NCBI RefSeq assembly: GCF_006345805.1
Contig: NC_043015.1
Location: 8,308,001-8,372,000 of the forward strand
From: Octopus sinensis
Taxonomy: Eukaryota
DNA: 64,000 bases
Direction: 5' to 3'
Both the position numbers and the translations under genes were made by a program. Within the stretch, counting starts at the first letter, position 1. Each line of letters opens with the position of its first letter. The notes beneath the pieces were generated by a model. It saw nothing but the letters and a program-made list of their open reading frames with translations, had not been told where the DNA came from and did no database searches. Shown piece by piece: positions 38,988 to 53,233 of the stretch.

Positions 38988-39025
38988 CTGTTACTCAAAG
39001 TTTCACGTTCCCGTTCGTCGGGCAG
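38988..39025 (-). ncRNA. Minimal hammerhead-ribozyme-like motif (family H2)
   Basis: Minus strand ctgc-CCGACGA-acg(ggaa)cgt-GAAA-ctttgagt-a-acag: core, GNRA-capped stem II, near-palindromic stem III. Activity untested. Confidence 0.5.
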
Positions 39026-39239
39026 TTTTGTTAAAATAGAACAGAAATATATGATCAAAGTTAGTTAACGGATACACTTTTAAAAATGGATTTCTTTCAA
39101 TGCTCCTTTCAAATGACTGTGTTAAGCATCCGATAAACAAAATAATAAAAAAAAAATTCAATATAAATTCATTCTATTATTTAAAAAAATCGAGAAAAAA
39201 CCTTAAATCGAAGAGCCGATTCAATATATGTGACCTCAT

Positions 39240-39430
39240 TTGAACCGTTGGCGATTTTTTCCCTCTGTCTTCCCTTCTCTGGATCTTTCCTTTTCCTATG
39301 TTTCCGACGAAGAGCTCTGCTCGAAACGTTAAACCCTCCTTCTTTCCTTCTTTCCTGAGCGTCCAATAATACTAGATTTGTTCCACGACCTCGCGTTGTT
39401 GTGTTTTTTTTGTGCTTTCTTGTTTGGATT
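39240..39430 (+). mobile_element. Family H1 repeat with hammerhead-like motif at 39300-39334
   Basis: gttt-CCGACGA-agagctctgctc-GAAA-cgtt-aaac; homologous to 4097-4285 and 59625-59795. Confidence 0.75.
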
Positions 39431-42400
39431 AATTATATATATACATACATACATATATACATATATACATATATATACACATTTGCTAATACACGAGCAG
39501 GCACATAATGCAAAATAAGATGGAAGAATAGCACTCGAATACTAAAGGTAGAGTATAATGCTCGTTTATTAAAGCTGCAAGACATCAAACGACTGTTACT
39601 CAGTTGCACATGTCCGCCCTTCGGACGGTTGCGATCAAGTCAAGTATTATCCGGCGAACGGAAACGTGAAGCTCTGTTAATATGTTTTACAGTTTTAATA
39701 AAATAGTATATATATTTAATAAAATAGTATATTTAATAAAATAGTATACATATGTATGTAAGCATATATGAATGTATATGTTGAGAGTGTATTGACTTAG
39801 TACTAAGATCCACAGAGATAGAATAACACTTCCACTATACAAATGTAGTACTCGACTAAGATTCCAGTAGAAACCTTGCATTTGTACAATTGTTGAAACG
39901 AATTTAAAATTCTCTGTTGTATCCACCATTTTAGAGAGTATTCCTCCCATCTGTTTCATTACAACATTGGCTCCATGAGTGTTGGTCATAGATAAATTGT
40001 AGTGTGCCACATATGAGCCGTAGGTTGAAGGGATTAATCCAATATGCTGTTTGTCTGAATTGTTGAAAAATGAATATATTTCAATATTATAATGAAGAAC
40101 GGTAAATAATTTAAGATGTTTGTAGTTTGTTATTTCCCCTCAATGATTTCTCTAACCGTTTTAAAATCACCCTTCTAAGAATAGTGACATTTGAAAACAA
40201 GCGCAAATGCCATATTACATGGGTCACAATGATTTTCGACTGCGATTGTTAGCACTTAAACTTCTAGCATTTTTGAGTAATGGTTTAACGCCGATCTATA
40301 GACTGGGCTATCATGGCGATATCAAAAGTACATGTATCTTTTCTATTTCAATAAATCAAAGCAAGTACACTTCGTTTTTGTATCTGCTTTGAAATATTCT
40401 TTATGTTACTGCTTGAGCTGAAACAAATTTTCTGGTGTCAGGGGAGAGTAAAACTGCCTAAATATCTAAAATGCTCACCGGTTCAATTTCCACTCATTTA
40501 TTATTTACAGTTTTTCTTTCACAAAATTTTCGTTGCTTTTGCAACCTTCTCAAGGGATGCTGACATCCTTTGACAAGCTTTCGAAAGCAATGAAAATTTT
40601 AGAAGTGAAAAATACACACACACTAAAAGACATTCATATATGTGCCCATATAATGTATATAAATATATTTCTCGGCATAATATAAATTACATGAAATAGT
40701 CAGAGGACTATTTAAAGCCGGAATTTAAAACCGGAAAGTAACTGATGAAATCATAAACAGCCTAGTCTGTTACTTCAACAGTTTAGAAAAAATGCTCCTA
40801 AAATTTCGCTTACCTGTTAGAATCATTTGATAAGTTTCTTATTGCTCGCAGTGTTGCGATATTTTTTACGTATTTTAATATTTGAAATTTATTCACATGA
40901 TTTTCGACAATTTCATATTCACTCCTTTTATAATAACTGATTTACATTTCAAATATTAAAGAGAATAACATCCTAAGTTCGAGTAATCTTCGGTTCTTTT
41001 TGCACTTAAATGCCACTGCTATTTTTTTTTATATAGAGTAAAATCAAATAAAGAAATAGCTGTATTTATTCGTCTGTTCTTTCCGTTTCAGATATTCTCG
41101 TTGGAAATAATGAAAGCGTTTAGTCGATCAATGCAGACCTTTAATTGATATAATTTGTGCGTAAACATAAGTTTAATAGAACTCGATTTAAATTGCTGGA
41201 ATTGTCAAACTTATCTATCTTTAATCAATTTTGTTTGTGGTATTCAAAATTATCTTATGAGGGGTGTTATAATTACTCATCTCATAAAATATCATGCCAA
41301 GTAACGTAATCACTCTATTAAGAAAAATGCCAAGGAGAGAAAGGTATTTACTGTTTTGAATGGAAAATACAAAGTGTCGATTTATATAGTTGGAACAATA
41401 AAATACAGATGATATTTCAGATGAGGGTGCTCAAAATGGTTTTCAACCTGGAGGAAAATCAACTATATTCGCTTCTTCGCAAATATTCAGAAGAGGCAAC
41501 CAATTTGTAAATACCCAAAATTTTCTTTGAAGGGAACGTAGGAAATATTGAATTCGGCTTCTTTACTATACATAATTTGCGAGGTGCAACTCGTAACGTG
41601 AGAATGTTTTAGACAGAAAGGTATCGGGTTTTACATGGCCCTCTTGTAACAGCTTCATTTTAATTCGAACATTTTAAAAATCGTCACTGTCGAATTATTT
41701 CTCAATATTTTAGTCTGAGAAAGTAAGTTTCCAGAATTTCGAGGAAAGCTGAAGTAACAACAAGAAATTACCTTCATATAAAATTTCTGGGTTGAATGCT
41801 TTAAAGAACACGAACGTTCTTTAATACAGATTGACCATATATATATATACATAGATGCCTTTACAACACTGATTTAGCCACGCTTAAATGACTGATGCAT
41901 AGATAATACGAGAATTCAATTTGCTTCATTTAAAACGATTAAATTCATATTGCATATTATTTTGTACTGTATGGCAACTCTTGGGAAGGGGCAAGTCCTT
42001 TTCATGATCAGAAGAAAACTCAGTAAAATGTTACACATGACTGAGAATATCTATTCCTTTCAATTAAAACAGGGATTCCTGAACATTATTACAAACATAC
42101 CTGGATTAATAAACGTAAAAAGGTACATACAACCGATACCAGAGCAATGCTTATGCCATTTTATTTCGCTTTCGAAGATTCTTCAAATAACCTCCTGCGT
42201 TGAAAAAATATGTTGCTGAACTGCCTGAAGGCCATAATACAAATAATGAACTCACACTCTGGTTCTATTTCACGTCTTTATTATTCGCCAATAGGTTAAC
42301 TCGTTACCCATTCGGAGAATCAATCGATTATATACTAAGTTGTTAAATAATTCACAACAGATTATAGATACGGAAGTAAAAGAGAAATCGTGCGAGTGTT

Positions 42401-42909
42401 TATTATTGGCATAATTGTTTTCCGGAGATACAAAATTAAAACAAAAGGGAAAACGTTATTTACTACCTCAAAGCAAACTTAAAATTTTAAAAACTTAAAA
42501 CATTTCCAGTAAGTAACGTTTTAAGAATGGTTTTCTAGACAAATTCTATCCTACGTACGAATTCTGGATAATTCTACATGCACACAAAATTAAATAATTT
42601 CCACAAATGAGAAAATATTTAAAGCGGTAAAATCTGAAATCAGAAACATTGTAACATTCAGTCGAAGCACGTGGCTCCTTGGATATATATATATGAGAAT
42701 GTAAAAACTTAGAAATATGCGCATTCGAATATATGCTAACATAAGTACACATATACCCAAACACCTGTATGTATTTATGTATACATAGGCGCACTGATAT
42801 ATAATATATGGAAATTTGACCACTGAACGTTGTCGAATGAAAAATATTTAAGAAATTATTGCATCTTGCAAACTTGTCTTCAAATTTTTGGCACAAAACC
42901 AGTACATTT

Positions 42910-43060
42910 CAGATGAGAGGGCAAGTTGTTTACATACAGACCAGTGCTCCACAGGTACTTATAACATTGAACCCAGTGCTCGACTGGTATTTAAATCATC
43001 AGGCCGGGAAGAAATCGGCTTTGGCGGAAAAAAAACTCTTCACCGCCCACCACGCAGGCA
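42910..43060 (-). mobile_element. SINE type B, very degenerate
   Basis: Minus strand ATACCAGTCGAGCACTGGGTTCAATGT and AAGTACCTGTGGAGCACTGG. Confidence 0.5.
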
Positions 43061-43192
43061 GTCGTAATATTAAGCTTAGGACAAGCAAGTTCCTGAGTAA
43101 CGCCATACATAAATCATAATCGACATTTTGGCTTCAGGTGTTGTTTACACACCCGTCTTCGACGTTTGCTTTTTTTGTAAATTCTCAATATA

Positions 43193-43233
<41 letters not shown>

Positions 43234-43263
43234 TATATATATATACAAAAACACACACACACA

Positions 43264-43297
<34 letters not shown>

Positions 43298-44074
43298 TGT
43301 GCGTGTGTTTGTATAAATCTATACGTATAAATACACACATATAAATAGGTATGTATCTATGGATAGATATATATGTATGTATATGCATATAAGCCTATCC
43401 ATACATATATATATATACATATACAAACACCCCCATGCACATATTCAACACCACAAACGCAAAAGCACACACGAAATCACATGAATACCTACGTACATAT
43501 ATTTGCATATATATATATATATATATTCATTCCCATTAATGATGTGTAGGCTTCGAGTGATCAATTCGATATTGAACGGCTTTGGTACTAATTTAAGTAT
43601 CTTCAGCGGTATCAACATGGAACGCATAAATTTAAAGGCATTCAATTGAAGAATATTTCTAATAGTAACCATTTTGTCCTTTGGGTCTGCAAAATGACAT
43701 TAGCTCACTTTTTGAAAACTCACTAATGCATCTTCCTTCACCTTAAGGGATGTACTTGCAAGGTTTTGATCAGAAAACAGGAGAGTAAAGACCGAATACA
43801 TAATTTGCTCTACGGTGACAGCGATGGTAAATCTTGAACATGATGTTTAACAGAATACAAAACGAACGATCAAAGCGGCCACTCACGTTGTTGCTAATAA
43901 CGTAAAAATCGCCTACAGTAAATCATTGAAAATGTGTGTGTTGTGTGGTTATATGAAAGTGATTCAAACATATGTACGTACACATAACATAGATATCAAA
44001 ATATGTGAGTGTATTTATGTATATAAAGAGAGATAGGCAGATAGATACATATATAGAGAGTGAGAGATAGAGAG

Positions 44075-44154
<80 letters not shown>

Positions 44155-44338
44155 TGAGAGATAGAAAGAACTATATATATATATATACATATACATATAA
44201 TATAATATATATATATATATATACATATAATATAATATATATATATATATATAATGAGAGTGATAGAGAGAAAGGGAGATATATAATTATATCTTCTATA
44301 CTATATTTCTTCGAGCGCACTATGATGTGTGTGTATAT

Positions 44339-44396
<58 letters not shown>

Positions 44397-44768
44397 TGTG
44401 TGTGCGTTGCTTGCTTGTGTGTATTTGTGTCAATTTTCTGATTAATTGTATCAAAGTTATGTCTGACATTAAATACGACATTACAAATATCAACTGGGTG
44501 CCGAAATCGAGCAATAAATGTTTCATAAATATAATCAGAACGAGAAGTAATCGTATGTAGTTGAATCTACAATTGAAGTAAATTTATCGATTCATCTACA
44601 CAGGGACGTAAAGGCAGACGCAAAACCAAACATAAAATATCTGACATACATGCACACGTACACATCCATGAAGAGATACACGCATATATCGACACACGCA
44701 TATATAGATATATATGTACATATAATATACAGAATTATATATATGTGTGTGTTCACATATATATTGTG

Positions 44769-44812
<44 letters not shown>

Positions 44813-44814
44813 AT

Positions 44815-44857
<43 letters not shown>

Positions 44858-44871
44858 CATTCGATATATGT

Positions 44872-44934
44872 TTACTTTTATTCCTTTATTTGTTTCAGTC
44901 ATTTGACCGAGGCGATGCCGGAGTATCGCCTTTA

Positions 44935-44935
<1 letters not shown>
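44872..44935 (-). mobile_element. Isolated SINE C/E-type tail
   Basis: TTGTTTCAGTCATTTGACCGAGGCGATGCCGGAGTATCGCCTTTAG matches the shared tail. Confidence 0.7.
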
Positions 44936-44998
<63 letters not shown>

Positions 44999-45050
44999 TT
45001 ACTTATTTATTTATACATATATTTATATATATACATATATATATATATTT

Positions 45051-45084
<34 letters not shown>

Positions 45085-46215
45085 CTTAAATGTTCAGAAT
45101 TATGCTGGGTGATTTAAGTAGCTCCGTCCATTCCTACTCTGGGTCCCATTTGCTTTCGTGTTTAGTGTTCCTTTTAATACGTTTTTCAATATAAAATATA
45201 AAATATAACCATAATTTTGTTCATTGAAATAGTAAAGTTTTGAAGAAATATATTATTTGCGATATTTAGTAAAGCACTTTTCTGACAACATCTTTATTTT
45301 TTAAGTGTATAATCATTTGTTTCTTAAACATGTAATATATATATTTCTGTTTCACATTCGTACAAACACACAAGTTTTATTCCAGAATCTCTTTCCATAG
45401 ATATTAAACGAATAATTTCAAATGAACATTAAATATTCCCGTATGAGTCATTTGCGTCCTCATAGTATGATTTGGTTAATTAATTACTGATTAAATCCAA
45501 TTAAGGTTTAATGTTGAATTGAATATCAAATTCAGAATGTGTTTATAAATGCTTAGCATTATGTGTCTCCTCAAACACAAATTTACGCAAATTAACTAAA
45601 ACTAAATATTCTAATGCAAATAAATAGCAAATATATAGAGAATTGCTTCGTTTTAAATAGTTTCGTTGCATAATTGTTAAGCTTTTCTCCCCCCAAACAA
45701 AGTAAATTGCTTTAGAATTTAGTTTCTAGAATAATATCTTTCACAATTTTGTATGTCGGGAAACTACTTCCGATTCATCTCTTACCCTCTGATATTTTCC
45801 TGTTCAAATTTTCTTCTCATATGCTACAGCCAACAGTGTAATACTGACACTGAGAGCTATGCCTGTGTATTGTGCTCACCTGGCAGAGTATCACATATCG
45901 GAAATTTCGAAGTTGAAATAGCAACATGGATAAATTCTTCGAAGGAGTAGATACAATTTTTCATAATGCTGACACAGTTACAGAAAGCTAGAAGATAGTG
46001 CATGCTCCATAGAAAACCAAGTGCTTAGGTTTTTATATAGATTCTGTGGGAGGTAATTGGCGGTAACACACTAACAACACTCCAAATAACCTATCACAAT
46101 ATACATACATCCACCTTCCATACTTCTAATAATACTACAATTTGGGCATGTGCCATGTAATTTTTCTCTCCTCTATGTTATAGTGTGTATTCATACACAC
46201 ACATTATCATGTATG

Positions 46216-46269
<54 letters not shown>

Positions 46270-46332
46270 AATAACTATAAAAAATATGTTATAATAGTAT
46301 ATATTCTGGTTTGTTTATTAATATAATATGTA

Positions 46333-46366
<34 letters not shown>

Positions 46367-46789
46367 GTGTGTGTGTGTGTGTACGTGTGCTGGTTTGTGA
46401 GTCTGTGTGTGCATATGATGTAATTATAAATAGGTCAAATTTTAGCCATTTGTCCGCAGATTGAAAAATGACGAACAAACTTAATCGATGTTCGAACATT
46501 ACTGGTTTCTGCTCAGATGCGTCTACATCATTCTGACAGTCTCCAGAGCAACAAGCGGCCAAATTGTGTATATACTCAACAGACGCAGCAGTTACTCTAT
46601 GAATGGGTCCCTAATTTGCGATATTTGTAGATCTTAAAATGTCTTTCGAGGCATCCCCTAGATTTGCAGACCTTATACAATACATAGCATTGGAAGGTGT
46701 GCACAAATATAGAGGCAGAATAGCTGGTGAGAGTTCGCTTTTAATGGGTCCGCAAATGAGATTTGAGCCCGAAACTCTTTTTTTTAAAG

Positions 46790-46940
46790 ATTATACCGAG
46801 ACAGCTTCTCCTCTACAGACCCACCACATTCGAACAACATGGCCAGACCATCTCCTTTGGCTTTTCAGAATTATTGCTTCAATTGAAGGAGTACCTGCAG
46901 AGGCAAGGACCTCTATTTAATGTTTGAAATGTTGACTGCA
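46790..46940 (-). mobile_element. RTE LINE C-terminal fragment
   Basis: IEVLASAGTPSIEAIILKSQRRWSGHVVRM resembles the EVL.RA...SIEA.L...QLRW.GHVVRM consensus. Confidence 0.6.
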
Positions 46941-47107
46941 AAGTCGATAATAGGAATTTAATGTTTGTCCTATAACCAATAATTCTTTATCTTCGTCTCA
47001 TTTATATTTGAGCACTTCTTTTGCAGTCCTATAAATCCTTTTCTTTCTATAATAAGAGACAGATATTATTTCTTATTATATATATATATATAATATATAT
47101 ATATATA

Positions 47108-47176
<69 letters not shown>

Positions 47177-47228
47177 TATATATATTATATATATATATAT
47201 GTATGTATATATATATATATGCATGTGC

Positions 47229-47286
<58 letters not shown>

Positions 47287-47879
47287 AAATAATTATATTC
47301 TCAAATGCAGTATAATACAATTAATATACCAGGAACGTGATATACTACCCATAATATGCAGAAACATATATCAATATATATATATGTATAAAGTGGTGGT
47401 ATGTTAACACCTTAATGTGACAGTCCCATGGAAGGGAAGTATACTACTGCTATTTAGCCGAGGAAGCACCGATTCCTGTCGGCCTGGACACATTTCCTGT
47501 ATCCTTATGTTTACATAGTGGGAGATAACCACCTCCATCCAGCAAAGCGAGCAGTGGGAAACCAGTTTCTGAATCATTGCTCATCATCAGTCTGGAGTAG
47601 CATGGCTTGGTATATTTTCTCTTTATTATAGGCAAATAGATCTTCTATAGGCATAAAGAAGGGACGAACAAAGACAGACAACACAATACAGTGGGGTATA
47701 TAAAATAAAAATCGAATGAATATGAAAATAGTGATATAATGAAAAAAAAAAGGAAACGTCTTACTTGCTCCCACACGCAAGCAGTGTCATTTAACTGTTT
47801 ATTCAATTCATGTTCATGTATAGTTGTTTTTTTTTAAATAACACATTTCAATTTTACAAATTTTACTTTTAGATTCATC

Positions 47880-49330
47880 GACAATGTCTTCGAATGGCTC
47901 CACTGGCGGCAACTCGTCACATTGAAATCACATGTTCGCCAATTAAATCCGCTCACCGAGCAATTCTTTCAATTTATCCGCTCTGTCACTCTCCAGCAAA
48001 ATCGCCCTGTCGTCATCTGTATATACACTTCCCGTTATCTTAACTCTTATGACATTTTTCATCTTCGTAATCTCCTTCTCTATTTCTATTCTATTCTTGT
48101 ATTCTTGTATTCTTGTATTCTTGTATTCCACCATCCTCCTCAAGTTTCTTCTTTACACCTCCTCTTTCCCATTTCCATATCTACTCTCTCCCGATCTTCC
48201 AGGTACTTGTGCTTCCGTCTTACTGTCGCTCCTCTTTGTTGCTTCCTCTCCTTTCTGCATACTTTCTTTTTCATTTGTTCTCACTTTTTTGCTACTTCTG
48301 CACCTTGTATCTGCATCTCCTCCAAATTGTCTTATCTCCTTTTCTGCGGGCTTTTTGGAGGTGATAATGCATTTTCTTTCTCTTTCAGACTGGGTGTTTC
48401 GCTTCTACTGTTTCCATTACTACGATTACAAGGCCTTGCGCCACCACCCCTTGCTCCACATCCTCCTGTTCTACCTTCTGTTCCACTTCTTTCTGGGAAC
48501 ATCTCGCATGCATGTGACCCCATAACCCACAGTGGTTGCAGACGGGAGTCTTCCCTCCACTATCACTCATAGTTTGACGCCCTCTGGTAACACAATCTCA
48601 TCCACAAAGTTTTGAAGTCCCGTGACACTGATTTGGTCCGTTACCTCAAGGCTGTATCCAAACCAGTTCACCTCCCTTGTCCTCGTGACCTTCAGGAAAT
48701 TGGTTTCCTCCTGGCGTTGAAGAGGTTGGCGACCACCAGCCACATTTCATCAACTTCTGGGAGCACTCTGCCAATCCTAATTCTGGCCGTACGTTTGTCA
48801 CAATAGGTAGGCATAGTTCTCATTCATTCGAGCTTAATGCCACAGTGGAGCACTTTTTTGCGTCTTGTTCGCTCACTAACCGTACCTCGTCTGTATCGTA
48901 CTTCTTGCCTCTGGTGTAGTACGTGGTACATTGCTTCACCTCCACCTGGAATCACGCTTCCATTTCTTCAATGCTTGCTAATTCAACCATTTTGCTGCTG
49001 CTAGACAGTGTTCTGAAGTTAACCGTTTTTTTCGCGGTTTCCTCCAGCATTTCTTTTGGAGGGGTTCTTTCCTTCATTAGCAATTAGCTCGATATCCTTT
49101 TTTTAAGGCTTCGTTCGTCGAACGTGACTTCCTTGACCTGCACTACGTCGCTATTTTCACCCCTTCCTGTTGCTGTTTGATCACAACAATTTTGAGAAAT
49201 TGTCTTCACAAATTCACAATAAATTATTTGCAGAAATTTTCTACACCGTAGGGTGAAAATTATAGCTTTCAACAGTGCAAATTCCAATAAATTTTTCAAT
49301 ACACATTTAACAAAAATTCACAATAACAGA
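47880..49330 (-). mobile_element. Non-LTR retroelement ORF1 (CCHC knuckle) pseudogene, copy 2
   Basis: ELASIEEMEA...YYTRGKKYDT...MPTYCDKRTARIRIGRV.PEVDEMWL...VIVEG..PVCNHCGLWGHMHARC. Colinear with copy 1. An (ATTCTTGT)n expansion lies at ~48095-48127. Confidence 0.75.
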
Positions 49331-49959
49331 ACAGGAAACGAACCCACATACTGCAGTTAACAACTGAAACAGCACCCTGTCCTAGACGAAAAAGGCGTGA
49401 CCTTGCTAGCTGAATTTTGTATTACGATTATAAAAATCCTACACAGATGCGGATATTATATACATTACAAATACATATAGAAGTTATGATGAGTTCCCAT
49501 GGACATTTTTAAAATTTCAGCTATATACAGTTTAATTTTGACTTGTGTTTAAAACTTTTCTTTAAAAAAATGATAGAGGCAATGCATCCGGCAGCCTGTA
49601 AGGCTCAGCGACTATCAATTGATTCCTTCATTGGTGATTAAGTTGGGTTACTAACACCCACCTTTCTCATCACATGCTTCCATCATTTTTCATATACACT
49701 TCGCGAGAGGGTTTTCCTCTCCATCCCCATCTTGCTCATCAGATGTTACTTTAAGTCAGTTAGCAACTCAGGGCCAGAGACGAAGGACCCTGTCACGATA
49801 CCTTCTAATCTCTATCTCCATACGCTTCCTTCAATACTGCAACCTACACAGAAAACATGCCTCACCTTCCTTTGAGAGTCCAGCCGGCGGTACCATCTTT
49901 ATTATAGATCCAGCTGATAGCCGTACTCCTCTCAGATGTAACAACACGTGTTCTACGTA

Positions 49960-50345
49960 ACATATCAATATTGACAGCTCCCGACATTATACAAAAGCGT
50001 GCTGAACTCTTTCATCCTCCAACCCACATCTTGGACATGTCGGTGTTCTAGGTTCTTAATTAAATCACCGTCTATTCCAGTCATATCTAAACTTAGCTGA
50101 TTGCTAAATCTAATGGATAAACGGATGGCTCTTTTGAGGGCGTGCCAACATCTATAATTAATGATGGTGCCACGCATAAGGCCCTCTGTACTAACTCCTT
50201 AATCCGGGTACAAAAGGCTTCACAAGTCAAAATAGATTTGTTCATCTTCCAGTACTCGGGTCTCTGTCTATAACATTTATCTACATGTACCTTACACGTC
50301 AAAATTTGTGATCCGTGTAAGGCACTATACAAAATTGTGGACAAC
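49960..50345 (-). mobile_element. Tx1/L1-like ORF2 fragment (end of AP endonuclease and linker)
   Basis: QILTCKVHVDKCYRQRPEYWKMNKSIL...IINYRCWHALKRAIR; the G.WKLN.SLL-like motif follows the endonuclease in L1/Tx1. Confidence 0.65.
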
Positions 50346-51954
50346 TAAAAGTATTATTATCTCTTTTCCTAAGGAATACCCAATGTAAGTACGACCTGCG
50401 TGAGACGTTGTTGTTACTCCACATCTACTGTGGAACGTTTGGTTCATCCAGTCAGTAACGGTCTAATAGATTAAAGCTCTCTAGTAGACCCTATCAGTCG
50501 AGTCAGTACTATCCACCCGCGCATCGTGGTTAGTAAATTTTGTCCATGTTTCTAATCGTCCCTTTTCTGATGAAGATCTTGCAAATATACCTTCTTTGTG
50601 AGGAAGCGTGAGAGAATTATGGAAAAGTGGATTAATTTCCCATATTCAACCCATTGGAGCGATTGCCATTTATTCCAAAGAAACCATGATGTATTATTTC
50701 AGATGATTAACTCCGCTGCTAAAAGTAGTCAAGTTCATTAAACCACATGTCTCCATATGAGGGACATTTATTGGCCTTCTAAAATTTATCCGTTGTCTGT
50801 CATAATTTGATTAAGAGAGCAAGTGTTCACAAAGCCAATTAATTAACAGAAGCACGATAGAGCATATGGATGAAGAGAGAAGGAAACCGATTTTATAAAA
50901 TGTACTGGGTTTGGTAAAATTCACGAATTCAGTAGGTTAAATGTACATACGAAAACACCGGGGACCTTTCTATCTCTATCTACTAAAATATCTCTTTCTA
51001 TCTAATGAAAATATCTACTGGGTTTACCCCGTTGCAATTGGATGCCAAAGAAAGAGAAGGTTTACAGCTATTTGATCAGGGTTGAACTAGGGATAACTAA
51101 ATTTAAGGGAATGCAGACATGTTTTAAACATCACTGATATATATTTTACTTTACACCTGGTTCATTTCAAAAATGAAAACTCGATAAAAAAAAACAGAAC
51201 TAAAAGACAATTCACGAACGAGACACAATCAACTGATGCCAGAAAGCATATTTCATATACGCACTGTTTGAAATGATTACTTTTTGACAGTTTGCATGGC
51301 ATTATAAGACACATTTACGCTATCAACACATACAATGTGGATGTTATCAACCCCGCCGGTATTAAAACAACGGCGGATATCACGGTTACAACCCATCCAG
51401 ACAACTCTAGGAAATAGAAAACCTATTATAACTTTGCCTTACATTTATATATTCTGACGTCAATGTATACACTTTTACACATATGCAGATGTACACCTTG
51501 GTACACATACATAGACATGCATATATATTATGTCTGATGTATACCATAAGTACATGTATAAGATCATAACTACCGATGTGTCGGTATAAAGACTCTATTT
51601 TGACTTGCTATGCGTAAAGTGATGGCATACTTCCTCCGATATAGATTATCATTACATATTGTGGTTATAAGCTACGAAGTCTTGAACTATACATATCAGG
51701 ACATATTGTTAATCTCTTAAATGTACTATAATATATATAATACTGTTTGTAATATAAACACGAAATATTTAGTTAATGGATAGTACTTTCAAGATTACAT
51801 CATTACAGTGAACACCTATGGCTGTCTTCCATTTGCTTCACTGTCTCAGTATACATCTGTGCTTTTGTGCAATTCTATATCACCGCTGTATACTAGATAA
51901 ATTCCCCACAGTGATCCATATTAAATCCAATTGAATCACGAATATGCACATACA

Positions 51955-52002
<48 letters not shown>

Positions 52003-52168
52003 TATTATATATATATATATATATATATATAAACATGTTTAGTAACACAAACATACACACACGACACACATATATATATATATATATTCATATGTATGTA
52101 TGTATGTATGGTTGCATGTATGAATGTATGTATGTATGTTGTATGTATGTATGTATTGTATGTATGTA

Positions 52169-52200
<32 letters not shown>

Positions 52201-52206
<6 letters not shown>

Positions 52207-53233
52207 CAACAATTGAGGGTAAAATTAATTAATTATTAATCAATTTCACCAAGTATTCAGTATGTAAAGGGACCATTATAGCGAATTCAAAATATTACAT
52301 TATATATAAGGCTTAGTAAAATAAATCTTTGCCACATACTGAACTCATTAGAAATAGCAGCTAAAGAAATTTCTTCAGCTATTTCTAATACTTAAAGAAG
52401 ATCTCTCTCAGATATGTTTGCCTAAACTAACTCACAAAAGTATGGGGGGAAAAAACATTAAAAAATCAAGTGCAAAGGTTATTTGAGAACGTACGTTTCT
52501 AGATTAGTCATTCGACATTCTTTCTTCAGCTCAGAATTCTTTGAATCGGATTTGGGAACACCGAAAGTCGGGAGCATACCCTTTCGGCTTCTAATCACCT
52601 CTAGAATTCTGGAACTAAAAGTGCTATCAAATTCGAAGAATTTCTGCTCTCTCCCTTTCCACCAGCGTGGGTTAAAATTGACAAACACATGTATTAACGG
52701 TGAAAACCGCAGCTTTAGCAGAGAAAGATGAATTAATAAATTTCAACAATTGAGGGTAAAATTAATTAATTATTAATCAATTTCACCAAGTATTCAGTAT
52801 GTAAGGGACCATTATAGGCGAATTCACCGTTAATACATGTGTTTTGTCAATTTTAACCCACGCTGGTGGAAAGGGGAGAGCAGAAATTCTTCGCTGCATA
52901 TTCGAATTTGATAGCACTTTTAGTTCGAGCAGAATTCTAGAGGTGATTAGAAGCCGAAAGGGTATGCTCCCGACTTTCAGTGTTCCCAAATCCGATTCAA
53001 GGAATTCTGAAGCTGAAGAAAGATGTCGAATTGACTAATCTAGTAACGTACGTTCTCAAATACCTTTGCACTTGATTTGTTAATGTTTTTTCCCCCATAC
53101 TTTTGTGATAGTTTAGGCAAACACTATCTGAGAGAGATCTTCTTTAAGTATTAGAAATAGCTGAAGAAATTTCTTTAGCTGCTATTTCTAATGAGTTCAG
53201 TATGTGGCAAAGTAATTTATTTTACTAAGCCCT

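Noticed and set aside
47922-48572. Longest ORF in the track (216 aa, plus strand)
   Set aside because: It is the antisense shadow of the purine-rich ORF1 relic on the minus strand, with no recognisable protein features.
50600-50800. FPYSTHWSDCHLF resembling the mariner YSPDLAPSDYHLF motif
   Set aside because: A single degenerate motif with no TIR or further support.
51338-51399. Pre-miRNA-like hairpin (CCGCCG/CGGCGG, TGGATG/CATCCA)
   Set aside because: Pairing is broken by a 7-nt bulge and other mismatches, too imperfect without small-RNA data.
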